A stretch of 54,444 nucleotides of DNA, filler included, from Sphacelaria rigidula (taxonomy: Eukaryota), in the NCBI GenBank assembly GCA_964200075.2. It is 4 parts of 4 records of this genome, joined end to end, with 100 filler letters (N's around TTAATTAATTAA, not from the genome) between each part and the next. Parts side by side here need not be neighbours in the genome. Positions count along the whole stretch, not along the records: positions 1 to 13,541 come from CAXNAA020002820.1; 3 more parts are not named here. The stretch is one strand, 5' to 3'. The notes under the pieces are model-generated. The model did not search any database and was not told where the DNA came from. It saw only the letters and a list, made by a program, of their open reading frames with translations. This document shows positions 1 through 12,862 of the stretch, piece by piece (the first letter of the stretch is position 1; every line of letters starts with the position of its first letter). A program made the translations under genes and the position numbers.

Positions 1-738
1 CTAGTGATGACACTGGAGTCTCGAGTTGCAGTGGCGCAGTTGGAGAGTGAAAGCAATAGGTTCACATACAGGTCGGGATGCGGGCGCGAACGTACAGTTC
101 AGGGCGGGGTCGAGATGCTGTCATGTATCACGATGCGGTGTTGTGATGGTGTGTATGCCGGGACCGTACGAAGCGATCTTGGGGTGGATGCCCATGATCT
201 CTCTTTCGACAGAGACATTGCCGCCTCATCTATGCTCGAACCGGATTGGAAAGCTCGACGGGCATTTGCAGTACGGTTGAGTCGTGCAGTAAATTATTCA
301 CGTTGTGCATCGGCCGTCAATTCTTCAGGACAGGGGACGCCCAGTCATCCGTTCGACTTATCGCTGCGTTGGCAGTGATATCCCCCCACCACGTCACTGA
401 CAGCACCTTGCTGACCTTACTGACAGCTTGACGCCCGAGATTATTGTCTGGACACGAGCTTCGAGACAAACAATAGTGAAAACATCGTCGACAACGAAAC
501 AAACGCTGTTATGCTCCGTCGCCCGCAGCTAACCACGGATGGGCGACATGTGCAACCACGGACGCACTTCCTACTCCTCCCAAAAATTGCGCATCAGCAG
601 CGTCGTGCGGTTCTCCTGAGGGCGTTTTGTCAGTCAACGGCTAGGGTCTTCAAACCTCATTTAATTGATGAACCTCATTTTATAGAATCCCCTGTTCTAT
701 GCACAAGATGCAATGATGTGTCCGAGAGATATGTGTTT

Positions 739-780
739 CACACACACACACATACACACACACACACATACACACACACA
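739..780. repeat. (CA)n microsatellite with two TA interruptions
   Basis: Direct reading of cacacacacacacatacacaca... over 42 bp. Confidence 0.95.
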
Positions 781-1746
781 AAGGTTCACGTGACCGATGA
801 TCAACAGACAAAATGAGCTCGAAGGCTTTATATCTTGTAATTTTCGCTTACTATTCTCTTGCTCGCCTAGCGTACTGTTCTCACCAAAGGTAAGCAGTAG
901 GAGCAGATGGTCCAGCTCGTAGGGCAGCTCAGCGAGTGAGCGAGGATGCATGGAACGCAACTATCTGACCTCGGCCCGAGAAGGCGTTTCATCTCCTCGG
1001 GGCTAGGGATACACCAGTCTGTACACCAACCTTCCCCAGAACTATGGGAGTATTCCCATGAACAGATCGAATGATCTGTTAGCCAACCTGCCCCAAAGTT
1101 GTCTGTAAGAACAAATCACGCTTCTCTATCTTCCTTTCTCATGACACTCACCCAGCCGTCGAACCTCTATTTGAGTTGCGATGAGATCTCAAGAGCAACT
1201 AAAATTGAGGCTTGTCTCACCCATCAAGTCATGAGGAGACAACGCGAAAACAATCAAGAGGGCAATGACCAGCCCGTGCCCGATCCTCCCACACCTCAAA
1301 CGAGAAAAACCAAAGGTGCCTCAAAAAGCGCAATGACGCAATTGCGGTTGACTGCGTAGTAGTACACAATGCTGCTGCGAGCTAGCGAACAGACGGAAAA
1401 AGCACACAATACTTTGACGCGCTAGCTGTATAGAAAGCAAATGAAAACCTCGCAAATGACATAGAGACAATCTCAAGCAGGAAACCAAAAACTTAAGGAC
1501 CCGAATAGGGTCGAGTGCTAGCCAGAGAAAGTGCTGGCAGCGTAGAGGCCAATGGAAGGGGGTGAAGGGGATCCAGAGGACGTCGTCGAAGGGGCCGATG
1601 AGGGCAGAGATGAGTCGCGATTGGAGAGCCATCGTAGGTGAAGCAGTGAAGAGGAGATCGTACCTGAGTCGGGACAAGGGAAGTACCAGAACCAAACTGG
1701 GAGGGGAGATAAAAATCGCGATAAAGGGAGTGCGAAGAGATAGGAC

Positions 1747-2330
1747 TCAAGATGGTGCATTGATGTGTGTACGATTGATATTGCGCAGAAGACCTCGTCG
1801 TAGGCCGTGTGACTTGAAGCGTCGTAGGCACCAGGAACCGCGGGGTGCGGAAGAGCTAGTCGTGTATAAATCGGGGCGAAGCTTGAGCTGGACGGGCCCA
1901 GGGTCGTCGAGGAAACGCACAATGTACGTGTCGGCCGCGAGGGCATCGACGGAGTGGATCTGACCTAGCCACCAGAGGTAATCACTGCCCTTATACTACA
2001 AATAGGCACCTTTAGGAAGCGGTTGTTGTTTTGCGCGAAGCTTTTCGTCCCATTGTTTTGTGGGTACGAGTTCGTAACCATCGGCTACAAAACGTAGTCC
2101 TTTGTCGCGGTGAAGTTCGCGGGGTGCAGCACCGCGTCTCATGTTGCGATATTCTTTGTTGTCAGCGAGCTGTTGCTGTGGGGATTGCGTCCAATAAAGG
2201 AGGATAGAAGGACGGTGCAGTTAAAGGTCGGACTCGCGTTCCCAAGACGCACGCCGAAGACCTTGCCAATGAGTCTTGTACATGACAGCAATTTTGCCGC
2301 CAGGAACTCGAGTGATTCGGTGGCCGGAAA
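1747..2330 (-). pseudogene. pol C-terminus: chromodomain-like segment followed by a Tudor/PWWP-like domain
   Basis: VSHISGHR...MYKTHWQGLRRASWERESDL, then in the same frame through two stops: LHRPSILLYW...KGAYL*YKGSDYLWWLGQIHSVDALAADTYIVRFLDDPGPVQLKLRPDLYTTSSSAPRGSWCL...APS* (manual translation). Confidence 0.6.
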
Positions 2331-3660
2331 TGTGGGACACGGCCAAGCGGAGAGGTTGTTCAGTCACGTCATCGGTGGTAACGTGGTACGGTGGAGATAT
2401 TGTGAAGTAGCTGTTGAGCACGTATTGAGTGAGAGCGGCAGGTAGGTATTGAGGCATGTCAGTAGTGTCATGCGGGTTCGTGCAAGGCTTGCAACGATGC
2501 ACAGAGACGCGAGATTTAGCGTCATGTCCCTGGAGGTCACGAGGTAAATCGAGGTAGAGGAGTTTGTCGCCAGCAGGCTTGCCGTCAGGAGATGTCGGCG
2601 AGGGTCCGACCATGAGAATCTTGAACGGACCCGCCCAATTGAGGGACAGTTTGATCTTCAAGACTGTTGCCTGGGCAGTGCAGTCAGCGCTTTGACGGAT
2701 GGTTGGCAAACTGTTGTAGATCCAGACCCAATCGCCGATTTTCCAAGTAGGGCGGTTGTACATCAAGTTGTAGAGCGCGGTATTGGATCTTTCAAGGCGC
2801 GAGGCGTTGATAGCGTGTTGTTCGCGCACCAAAGTGAAAGCCTTGCGCAGACGAGCCCTGGCGAGGTCATGGTGGTACAGCCGATCCTGTCCCAGACCTT
2901 GGTGACCATCGAAGGTATGTCTTTCGAAAACGGTGATGGGCAGACGAGGGTAGCGTCCAAGATGTAGCTCGTTGTACGAGAGGCCTGTTGCCGCGTTGAC
3001 AGAATTGTTGTAAGACAGCATGGCATGCGAGAGATGAAGGTCCCAGTCATTCTGGCGGTCGTTTACGACCATGGATAGCAATTGAGCCATAGTGTGGTTC
3101 ACACGTTCAGTTTCACCGTTACCGTTAGGGTGGTCGGCGCTCGTGGCAATTGGGCGAATGCCGAGGAGCTTGTACAAAGCATCCGACAGTTCGGAGCAAA
3201 ATTGTTGACCATTGTCGAAGAGGAGCCGTTTCGGGCAGCCATAGTGCTCAATATAGTCATGGACGAGAATGTCCGCCGTGCTGGCAGCAGTGAAATCGCT
3301 AGCAGTAACAGCGTACATAGCTGCGTGACGGCTGAAGCGATCGATGGAAAGCAGAGTGGAGGTACTACCACGGTCAGTGGTGGGTAAAAGGCCGTAGTAA
3401 TCAAACGATACGAAGTGATCAGGAGCGTTTGGAAGCTCCATAAAAATCACTGTCCATCGTATAGTCTGCCGAGAGGTTTTGCGAGCCTGACATTTGAAAC
3501 ATCGTCGGATCTAAAAAGGCGTGGATGCTTTCATGCCGATCCATCAATAAAAGCGTTCGAGGAGCGCTAACGTGCGCGTGACGCCTAAGTGGCAGGACAA
3601 ATCGGAGTGACAGCACTTCATGACCCACGGACGCATCGGATAGGGGCGTCATGACGCATA

Positions 3661-4103
3661 TCACACGGGGTCTTACAAATTGTGGATGGATCTTTTATTG
3701 GGGATGAGAAACCCGGATCATAAAAATCTTTGTACCCACACCAGATCTTCGAAACATAGTTCCATTTTTTCACCCACTGATAACTATTGACAACTGCCAC
3801 ACGCCATAGAAATTTGATTTCGATTACCGAAATGTTGGGGTCCTGGGTGAAAAACCAATTTTGGAAAATTTCGGGTATCCGAACGGACGCCAAAATGGTT
3901 CCGATTTGTTTTCCCCCTAGAACCCCAACATTTCGGTGATCGAAATCCAAATTTCTATGGCGTGTAGCAGTTGTCAATAGCTATCAGCAGGTGAAGAAAT
4001 GGAACCATAGTTCGAAGATTTGTTGTGGATACGAAGATTTTAATTCTCAGGGTTTCTCATGCCCAATCAAAGATCCATCCCCAAATTGTAAGATCGCGTG
4101 TTA
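3661..4103. mobile_element. Foldback-type MITE inserted just upstream of the integrase zinc finger
   Basis: Roughly 185-bp diverged inverted arms (CACACGGGGTCTTACAAATTGTGGATGGATCTTT... / ...AAAGATCCATCCCCAAATTGTAAGATCGCGTG); AT-richer than host; probable TA TSD; removal rejoins ...ATPAY|MRHDAPIR. Confidence 0.85.
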
Positions 4104-7100
4104 TATATGCCGGAGTGGCAGTTGTGACCGCGGCAACCGTGCCGAAATTGGAGTTGAATCGGCGAACAAGCATATGGACGTCGTCGTCAGCCGTGAAGAT
4201 AGTACCTTTGCGTGCAAGCTCAACCACTTCAGAGGCGGTGGGGGCGGATAGAGTGCCCGAGGGGGTCAGGATATCAGCCGGGAAAGGGGTGGGGCAGATA
4301 AGCCGTAAGTAGCGCATTGTCGCGCGACAGAGCTGTTCGTGTTGTTGGTTGCGAGCCCAATCGCGGTGAGAGTAGCTAGCGAGAAATTCTCGAAGTTGCC
4401 CTTCAGCCGGAGAGCCAACCAAACATGGTGGCTCAGGAAGGGGTGGCACAGGTGAGGAAGCAGGGGTGCCGACGTCAACGTTTTGATCCGGAAGCGGATC
4501 TGACGCATGCGTATCGCGAGTCAGAGGCGCAGGTGCGGGGAGGTTCCCAGAAGGCGGCGTGGGGGTAGCGCGAACTGGTGAACGTGATCGGCGCGTTGGG
4601 CGCACAAGGGGCGCGGACTTTGTCGGTACAACACTGGGTACGCGGCCGGTGGTAGTAGGTGTTGTACGGCCCGTGGGGGCACGAGGCGGCGGCGGCGACG
4701 CATTGCTAGAAGCGGCCAGCGGCAGTGGTGGTATGACGGCACGCGAAGAATTTGCACGAGCTGCCGACCGAGAACACGTATTGTCGCAGATGAGGTGAAC
4801 AGTTGGTGGTGGCGGCGCCAAGATGTTCGCGCGAGGGCCGAAACTGCGGAAGTCGGCAAAATCAGCAGCTGTGGGTGCTAAGCCATTCAAAACTGCATCA
4901 GGGGGCAGAGGGCGGGGGCCCCTCATGTGCAGGCCGGTTTCAGGGCATTGCAAGTTAAGCGCGTAGATGGGCGTAGAAAAACGCCGAATGGGGTAGACGC
5001 CTGGTTCGTCAAGTTCAGCCAAGCGGCAAGCGGGACTGAAATCTACCACTGTAGGGGGCAGAGGCAATCGCGAAAGAAGGTCAGCATTGCCGTTGGTTTT
5101 GCCCGGACGATGTTTAACAGTGTACTGGTAAGCAGTCAAGAACTCAAGCCACCGAAATACGTGGGGGTTATGTTCTCCAACCTTAGCGAGTTGTTCAAGA
5201 GCTCCGTGATCTGCATAGATGTGGAAAGGCACGTGGAACAAGTACTGTCGAAGCCGTTTAATAGCCCAAGTTATGACTTCGCCTTCTAGCTCGAGTAGAC
5301 TCCAGTTTACCTCGTTTGGGAAGGTTGCGCGGCTGATGTACAAAATAGGTCTGACAGAGTCATCCAGTTGAGGATGATTGAGAACGGCGCCGAACCCATC
5401 CGTGCTAGCATCGGTGCGTAGGTGGAAAAGATGTGAGCCGTCTTGTAGCGGCCGGTTTTTCGGTCAGCGTTTTGAGCAGTTCGCGGACGGTGGCTTCCAT
5501 TTCTTTAGTGAAGACAAACGGGACGTTTTTCTTCAATAAATTTGTGATGGGCCGGATCCGCGTGGACAAGTTGGGCAAAAATTTGCGATAATAAGAAAGT
5601 TCGCCCAACAGCGAGCGAAGCTGCGAAATATTGGTGGGCATGGGCATATCAGTCATAGCCTTGACTTTGTTCGTATCTGGGTGCAATCCAGCAGGAGAGA
5701 TAGAGTTTCCCAAAATATCCAATTCAGTCGCTCCGACTCGAGCTTTGGATGGAGACAATTTCAAGTCGTGTGTACGCAAGCGGGAGAGGAATTCCTGTAG
5801 AGTGCGAATCTGCGCCTTGGGGGAGGCGTCAAAAGCGATAGCATCGTCTAGATACATGATAACATGCTCGAGACCGTCAGTAACGCGTTGCATGAGGCAT
5901 TGAAAACAGCCAGGTGCGGTGGCAGCGCCTTGTGGCATACGACGCCATTCATAAAGCCCTGGAGATGTACAGAACGCTGTCAAGGGAGCTGTATCGGGGT
6001 GAATTGCGTTTTGGAAAAATCCAGATGCGAGATCGAAAATGCTGAATATTTTTCCTCCGCCGAGAGAGTCGAAGACGTCGTCGATGCGAGGTATAGGGAA
6101 TTTTCCTACGACAGTGACGCGATTCAGCCGTTTGTAATTCACGGTGATGCGTATGTTGCCATCTTTTTTGGGGACGACCATGAGGGGTAAGGCCCATGGC
6201 GAAGACGGGTGTTGAATCAGACCAGCTCCCAAGTATGCATCCAAAATAGCATTGACCTTTTTGGTGAAGAGGGGATTCGCTCGATATGGTCGAGATGAGA
6301 TTGGCGAAACGCCAGGTTGCAGGGTGATCTCGAATGGCAATGTTTACAATGCCCGAGATCCGTCTTGGATCTCTTCTGATATTCCAGGAGAACGTCTTGC
6401 AGCTCTTGCATTACGGCGGGCTCCCAGCCCGGACCATGTAGGTCAAAATGGATATCACGCAAATGAGGTGGATGTTGGTGCCAAATTTGCAGGAAGTGTT
6501 CCCGAGACTCGACTGATAAGCGTTGAAGCACTGCATCAGGAGGTTCAGCAGGTGGTCGGTCCGATTCCACCGCAGAAACCCGAGTCGGGGGTGAGGGGGA
6601 TAGATCAAAGTATGGCTCATCAACGCAGTGAACATAACCATCAGTCGGCGGTGTGGGACCAGGCGCCGGAGGGTCGGCTACATCCAGAGGAATGTGCGTA
6701 AGAGGATGTAGCATGGCCGGTGAGAGGCAGCAGCAGCTGTTCGCCGTCCGAGACAAAATGCTCAGTGATAGCGAGCGCGCCAACTTTAGGCAGCGATTCC
6801 GCAAGGTAGTGGCCGATGAGGGCGGGCATACCGTTGCGGCGAACAAGCAAAACTTCCAAGAGTTGAGGCCCGTCGGGAAGGGTGACGCCAGAACTGCCAT
6901 TGTACCGAAGGTGGTGAGCCGCTCCGGTAGCCTGCTCATTGTTTTTGTAGGCTAAGGCACCACTGAGGGTACCAAAGTGTTCTAGTTGGAGTTCTCCACG
7001 AAGCACCGACTGAGGCGATAATGGTGGGAGGGTGCGGTACGTACGTTGGTCGAACCGCATGTAGCTATCTCTGCCAAGAAGGAGAGCATGATGCATGGTG

Positions 7101-10100
7101 CTATCAGGGACGACGTAAGCCCAGACTGCGAGACGAGCCGAACGTGTATCATTGTGGAAAAATTATACACTAAGACGAACAGATTTTTGTGTCAAGGGTG
7201 TTTTGGAGTCGCTGAAACCGCCCCAAACGCGAGGTTGGGTGGTGATCTCGCAAACATCGGAAGCAGCGCTAATCTGCTTCATGTGATTCCACGTGGATTC
7301 TTTGATGAATGTCTGTGGACTACCGCTGTCTAGCAACGAGACGCACTTGGCCCGCGTGGTGGCGTGAGGGCCGCACTGTAATGCTACGCGGGTGGTAAAG
7401 ATGGCAGGATCAACGGACACCCTACCACCAACGAGGTCAGGGCCATGTTCAGATAGCGTAAATTGGTCAGGATTAGTCGGAGTGATCGTAAAGACGGATG
7501 GCGGGTGATCCGCGGGGGGTTCGAAGGTATCAGTAAACAGCGCGGGGGTGTGATCCGATCGTGCAGGGCAGCATGAATCAGGATTTTGATCAATCTCGTA
7601 GATGACTGGCTAGGAAGTACAAGTGTCATCGTTGAGGAGAGATTGCTGCGAAGTGCCACGGGAGTCGTCAATGGAGGATGCGGAACCGTCTGAAAGGTCC
7701 AATTTGATTCCTCTTGGACGCTTGGCATTGTCCTCAACCTCAAAGTCGCCGCTTTTGGGGGAGAATGAGATCGGAATTTTCCGCTGACGGGACGAGGACG
7801 TGTCAATGCTCGCGCTTCCTTGGGGGCATGACGACGAGGCTTCCTCTCGTGCCGTGACAAATGGGTGGGAACTTCCAAGATTTCTTGGGAAACTGCAACT
7901 GCGTCCAGTTGAGGTGATGTTCTCAGCATCGGGGCATGCTCGGCCGAACCATGTGGACTGTCCATTGGCAAGCTCGGTACAAAGGGCACTGCTAAATGTG
8001 AAAGGGGACGAGTGGTGTCCGCTGTATGTCGGGGTAGTTTCGCGGCAGAAGAGTGGCTTGAAAAACGACCGCGATCAGGCTGGGTAGGAGCTGAAGTGTT
8101 TGAAGTGGTCAGTTACCAACCATCAACACCAGAACCAGATGAAGGAAGTCTGCTACAACCGGTGCGTGCGGTCGTTGAGGGAAGCCTGTGCCTCAACGAT
8201 CCGCGTTCGGTCTTCCCAAACCTCAGATTTATACTTAGTTCCGGAGGACCAAGTCTGGAGCCAAGCATAGAGCTGGGTGGTGAGTCAACACAACGGGTAC
8301 GCTGTGTGTATGAAGATAAAGACAGGGGTTGAGAAGAACGGCCGTCATTAGATCTCCTACATAGTGTGGAAAAGGTTGGGTGAGGACGTCTTGTCACCCA
8401 AGCGGCGGTGTGTGTTGGATGAGTCTTCGATTCTGCTATCGGCGGCGCCGAAGACTTCATGCCGTCGTCGGTGTGTCATGGGTCGTTGCGATCCGTCATG
8501 AAAGAGCCAGGGTTTCTGGCATTGGGGTTTGAGTTGTCGTGGGTCGGCCCCGTTCGCTGGTGATGACCATGCGAAGACTGAGAAGGGCGGAAAGAACGGT
8601 CTCTATGGCGAGTACCTGAGATGGTGTTCGTGGTGTGGCGACGGTCGCGATTTGAGCAAGAGTCGCTATGATTGTAGTAAGGCTGGCGATGGTGGCGAGA
8701 TGGTGTACGATACTCGCGCATGCGTTTTTGCCATCGGCGCCACGCCAGCCCGTTGCTCTGAAGTTCAGGGTTCATGAGCGAAAAAGTATTGATGCGAGGT
8801 TCAGGGCAGTCACGCATACTGTGGCCAGTAACATTGCAGTTGATGCATGTGTTAGCATGGCGACGAAACGTATCCTTGCGAGCCGAAGGCGACAGCAAGG
8901 GAGTCCACAAATGTAGGTCATCTGTGATGAAAGCAGTTGTGGAAACGACATAAACGTCATCAAAAGTGTCTGCCCCAAAACTCCAAGCGTCGAAGCTTGC
9001 ACGGAACGTTTTTTTTTTGCTATGGACATGACCGATCCACCGACAGAGTTGGGTGTCCAAGTATTACTGGACAAAGTCTGAGTGCGTCCGCGAGACCCGG
9101 AGATACTCGCGAATGCGGCACGCAAAGTCTGCGAAGACCCGGAAGAACACTGTGTGTCACGAATGGCAGGCGTTAAATTATGTTCTTGATCTACAAACGC
9201 AGTCCACATCGCGTCTACGGAGGCGGAAGGCACCTCTTTGTGCGCCAAAGCGCCCGGAAACAGCGACGGCATCAGCGTCGGAAACTGCTGAGCAATACTA
9301 TTGAGAACATACGTCTGACACATAGCATCACTAGGACCAGTCTGTCGGCCGGTACCAGTTACACTAGACACCAAAAGCTTGAATCGGCGGAGGTAGTCAG
9401 CAAAGGATACATCTGTTGCCACAGCGAAGGAGCTGAGGCGCTTGATGGCGCCGGCCTGATGGGACTTATCAAAAATAACTTATGAAACGCCTTTCCAAAT
9501 TGCCGAATAGTAGCGGCGCTGTTTGCCCGCCGGCACAATCTTGATCCATTGCTTGGAAGGAGTCGAGAATCTTCGTCAAGGAAGCAGCGACGATAGGGGA
9601 GCGACGGCTGATTGAGCTATGCAAAGCCTTATGTAACGGTGCTTGCCATCCATCAATCCAGTCAGAGTCTTCGAAACGTTGTTGTCCAGTTGCGTCGGCC
9701 AACTCAAGGATGTTACGCATAATTCGACGCATTGAGGAAATGAGAGCGGATGTAAACTGACTAGAGCCCTCATTGTCTGCAGCAGGCATGATTTTGATAT
9801 GCCAGAGGTTCTCAACATCCATCTGTAAGTACTCACGCTTGATTGCAGCGACACGAGATGCTTCTCTACGAGTATTGGAAGCGGCTTTATCAGCGGCAGC
9901 TTGTTGTTCGTCTGCGACGGCGGCAGCTAGTGATCGTGTCCAGGTAGAAGACAATGGGCGAGCCGAAATATTATCATCACTATCAGTAAGACCTAGAAGG
10001 CGAGCAGACGCATCCGCTAAAGGAGGCGTTACTTGCCTGACGGCCGGTGAGGGCCGTGCGGATTGCGTTAAAGCGTACTGACGGTGTCTGGTTGTAGACG

Positions 10101-11948
10101 AGCTTGAAGACTGGTTGCCAGAGCGTTTACGGCTGCCCCGGGTCGTACGGCGACCGTTGTTGTTCTTGTGGTTGGTTCCCTGCCCGCGTCGTGGTTCGGC
10201 GCCGGGTTGGTCGTCGTCGGAATCGTCGTCATCACGACGGTGATGAGAGGGGTGCGGTATGATCCAGTCATCAGCATCGTCGTGTGGTAGCGTGTTATGG
10301 GCGGCACGCATAGCAGTGAAAAGGGCAGCGACGGCGGTCTCGTAAGTGGAGCGATTGTCCCCGGTACCAATCGTAAGGTAGAGGACGAGGCGTTCTATGG
10401 TGAGGGCGCCCGGATCGTTGTTCGGCAGTTGTCCCCCTTGCTGCAGGAAAGGGACGATCACACTGTTAATGGGCAGGGTGAGCGAGCGCCAAGCCTGCTC
10501 GGAGGCGCGGAGAACGTTGTTGCGGTGGTACTTACCCGAAAGTTGGCGTAGCGTCCAAGAAAGCCAAGAACATTTGCTGCCCTGAAGGCGGAGCCAAGGT
10601 GTGAGGGCAGGGGGCGCCGAGGCCTGAGGGACCTGCTGTGGTGCTGGCCGGGTGCGCGCAGGCGAGGCTGTAGGAGTGGCAGCAGCAGCGTATGGGCGCG
10701 AGGGCTGGTGGTTCGCCGCTGAGCCTGTATGTGCAGAGGTAGGCGCAAGCGCTGACGCGGTCGGCGTTGTCCTCAGAAGAGGAAGGTGTTGCTCCTGTTC
10801 CAAAGATCGTAGAGCCGAGGTGGCGGCGGCCGTGGCCGCGGTGTATTGGCGCAGCCGGTGTTCATCGCGCCGAATGGTGTCGCGAATCTTTTCAAACGCA
10901 GCGAGACGCTCATTCAAAGTCTCCTGGGCCGCCTGCTGGCGGCTGGTCGCCGAGTCGACGGCTCGACGTTGGCGCGTGAGACGTGCCGTGAAGTCGTCGG
11001 GAAGGAGATTATGAGCAGCGGCCTCCGTCGATTGGCGGGGTGAGGGCGGCGCAGGGGGAGTGTTCGGTTGCATTGGCTGGTACTCAGCGAGTATTTGCTC
11101 TTGGTCTGAGCGGGGATCACGCAACCAGAGCCGGGGCAGGAGGCCCGGTGGGCAATGCTCGACACCCAATAGGGGGCGGTCATCCGTGAGAGACCCTGGT
11201 GCAGGCGCCGGAGCCGAACCCGTGGCAGTAGCATCCTGTGGCGAAGTGTCCGATCCCGCATGAGTGACCGTGATAGGAGTGTCATCCGTGGCTACCGTGT
11301 CGGGAGCTGCAGTCGCTGCCGCGCTGGGGGCGGAGGGCGTGACACGGATGCTCTCAGCATCTGTATCGATGTCCGCAGCCGCAGTAATTGAAGTGGCCGC
11401 ACAGGAGCGGTGGTTGAAGGTGCAGGGGTGTTAGCCATGGTGGAAGCAGATCGCAGGTATCGACGAAGATCCGCAATTTGTCGTTCCACCGCACGTACAG
11501 TGGCAGCATCAGAGTAGGGCGGAAGAGCACAGTTGGCGCTGCGTCCGTCTCGCGAAGGTGCGTGAATGTCAGTCAACGAGGTATCTACGGGCAATCGTGA
11601 ACTCACATGGGTCCGATCGGCAGATTCAGGTCGTGAGGATCCCGTAGTTGATGACACTCCTGATAACAGAGCACGTACGTCATGGACATGAGTAGTACTA
11701 TCACCATGGTGAACAATGTCGTCACCATCCGAATCCAAATCACAGGGCACATCTGAGGTCGAACGTGCATTATCAGGGTCTGCAGGCGCTGGGCTAGAGG
11801 CCCGTTGGTTCGCACTACTGTTAAAGTGAACATGATCTGAAGGCGCCGGATGGTGAACGGCTGTGTGAAACGCGGCCGCAAGCGCTTGTGAGAGGGCAGT
11901 TGTCGCCGGATCATCAGAAATGACAGCCGGTGATGAACGGAGTACGTG

Positions 11949-11988
11949 CTCAAAAGCCGTGGCTAGAGCTCAAAAGCCGTGGCTAGAG
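11949..11988. repeat. 20-bp tandem duplication
   Basis: CTCAAAAGCCGTGGCTAGAG x2. Confidence 0.9.
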
Positions 11989-12234
11989 GTAAGTGCCCGG
12001 TGGAAGGCTCTGCTGAACGGCCAAGACGCGAGGAGGATGTTCGGCGCGAGGGCTGGCGATCAGGAGTGTCCTCACTACGCATGTCGTGTCGTCGCGGGCG
12101 TGGTGAGGCATCGGAACCGTTGTGCGGCGTGCGGAAAACGTCGGAAGGCATGGGCGAGTGCCGTTCGTCAACACCGCGAGCGCGAAGTGAGTCGACAACC
12201 GCGGCGGAAGCCTGGAGCGGTTTGCGTTGTATAG

Positions 12235-12470
12235 CAGTGGGAACGCGTGGCGACTCGTCAGATATGTTGGAAGTCCGAGATGGTGTGTGTTTCACAACAG
12301 AGCGAGCGCGTAGCGACTCGTCGATCATGTTGGAACCCCGAGACGGTGTGCGCTTCACAACAGAGCGAGCGCGTAGCGACTCGTCGAACATATCGGAAGT
12401 CCTGGACGGTGTGCATTTCGCAACAGAGCGAGCGCGTAGCGACTCGTCGATCATGTTGGAAGTCTTGGAC
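12235..12470 (-). repeat. 63-bp coding tandem repeat, about 3.7 copies (21-aa unit)
   Basis: Units start at 12235, 12298, 12361, 12424; translate as SNMIDESLRARSVVKxTPSRT-like units. Confidence 0.92.
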
Positions 12471-12862
12471 AAATGATGGTCGTGGTCACCAGTAGAAGCC
12501 AAGTCTTGAGACGTGTAGTCGCCTGAGTGGGGCGCCGAAGCTTAATCGGATTTTACTTCTTCATGTACAGCAAAAGTAAGAGTGACTGGTTTTGGAGAAA
12601 GTGATGAAAGAAAACGCTGACGGCGTGAAGACTTGTAAGGAGGCAGGGCCGAGTGGAGAAATATTTTCTTCGGTTGCGTCATATTATATTGAAAAGATAG
12701 GATTGGACGCTAAAAACCAGAGTACAACAGGTTGGTGTAATAGAAGCAGGTAGCGTAAGCTCGAAATGCAAGTACCGAAAAATTGAGCAGTAACGACCAC
12801 AAAATCTATAAAAGGTGGTTCTTGTCATGGAGACCGCTGAGATGATGGACAAATCGCCCCTG

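Larger units (their letters stand above)
1747..8460 (-). pseudogene. pol: pol polyprotein pseudogene of Gypsy element 1
   Basis: Protease LLDSGS (ORF 7163-7420); RT with PWALPLMVVPKKDG, DLASGFFQ, MPQG, YLDD (5405-6340); RNase H TDAS...GAVL...ILYISR...ELE...DH...NADLLSRL (~5060-5430); integrase HHCC (3490-3630) and D,D,E core FDYYG/FDNG/ETER (2221-3450); final stop at 1747-1749. Confidence 0.93.
8476..12502 (-). pseudogene. gag: Long gag pseudogene of Gypsy element 1
   Basis: Frameshifted ORF chain 11963-12502, 11292-11953, 9469-11169, 8772-9422, 8476-9060; zinc knuckle CINCNVTGHSMRDC (CX2CX4HX4C); a one-base shift in the T-run near 9470 joins the pieces. The N-terminal extent is uncertain. 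Confidence 0.75.

Noticed and set aside
1-340. Possible gag-like relic on the minus strand (FTARLNR...)
   Set aside because: Only a five-residue resemblance to the element 1 gag, with stops; insufficient.
800-1746. 3' LTR of Gypsy element 1 matching sequence beyond 12880
   Set aside because: I could find no direct repeat between the two flanks by eye, so LTR coordinates are not called.
12235-12470. Regularly spaced repeats resembling a CRISPR array
   Set aside because: Whole 63-bp units are repeated with no unique spacers, they are in-frame coding repeats, and there are no cas genes.
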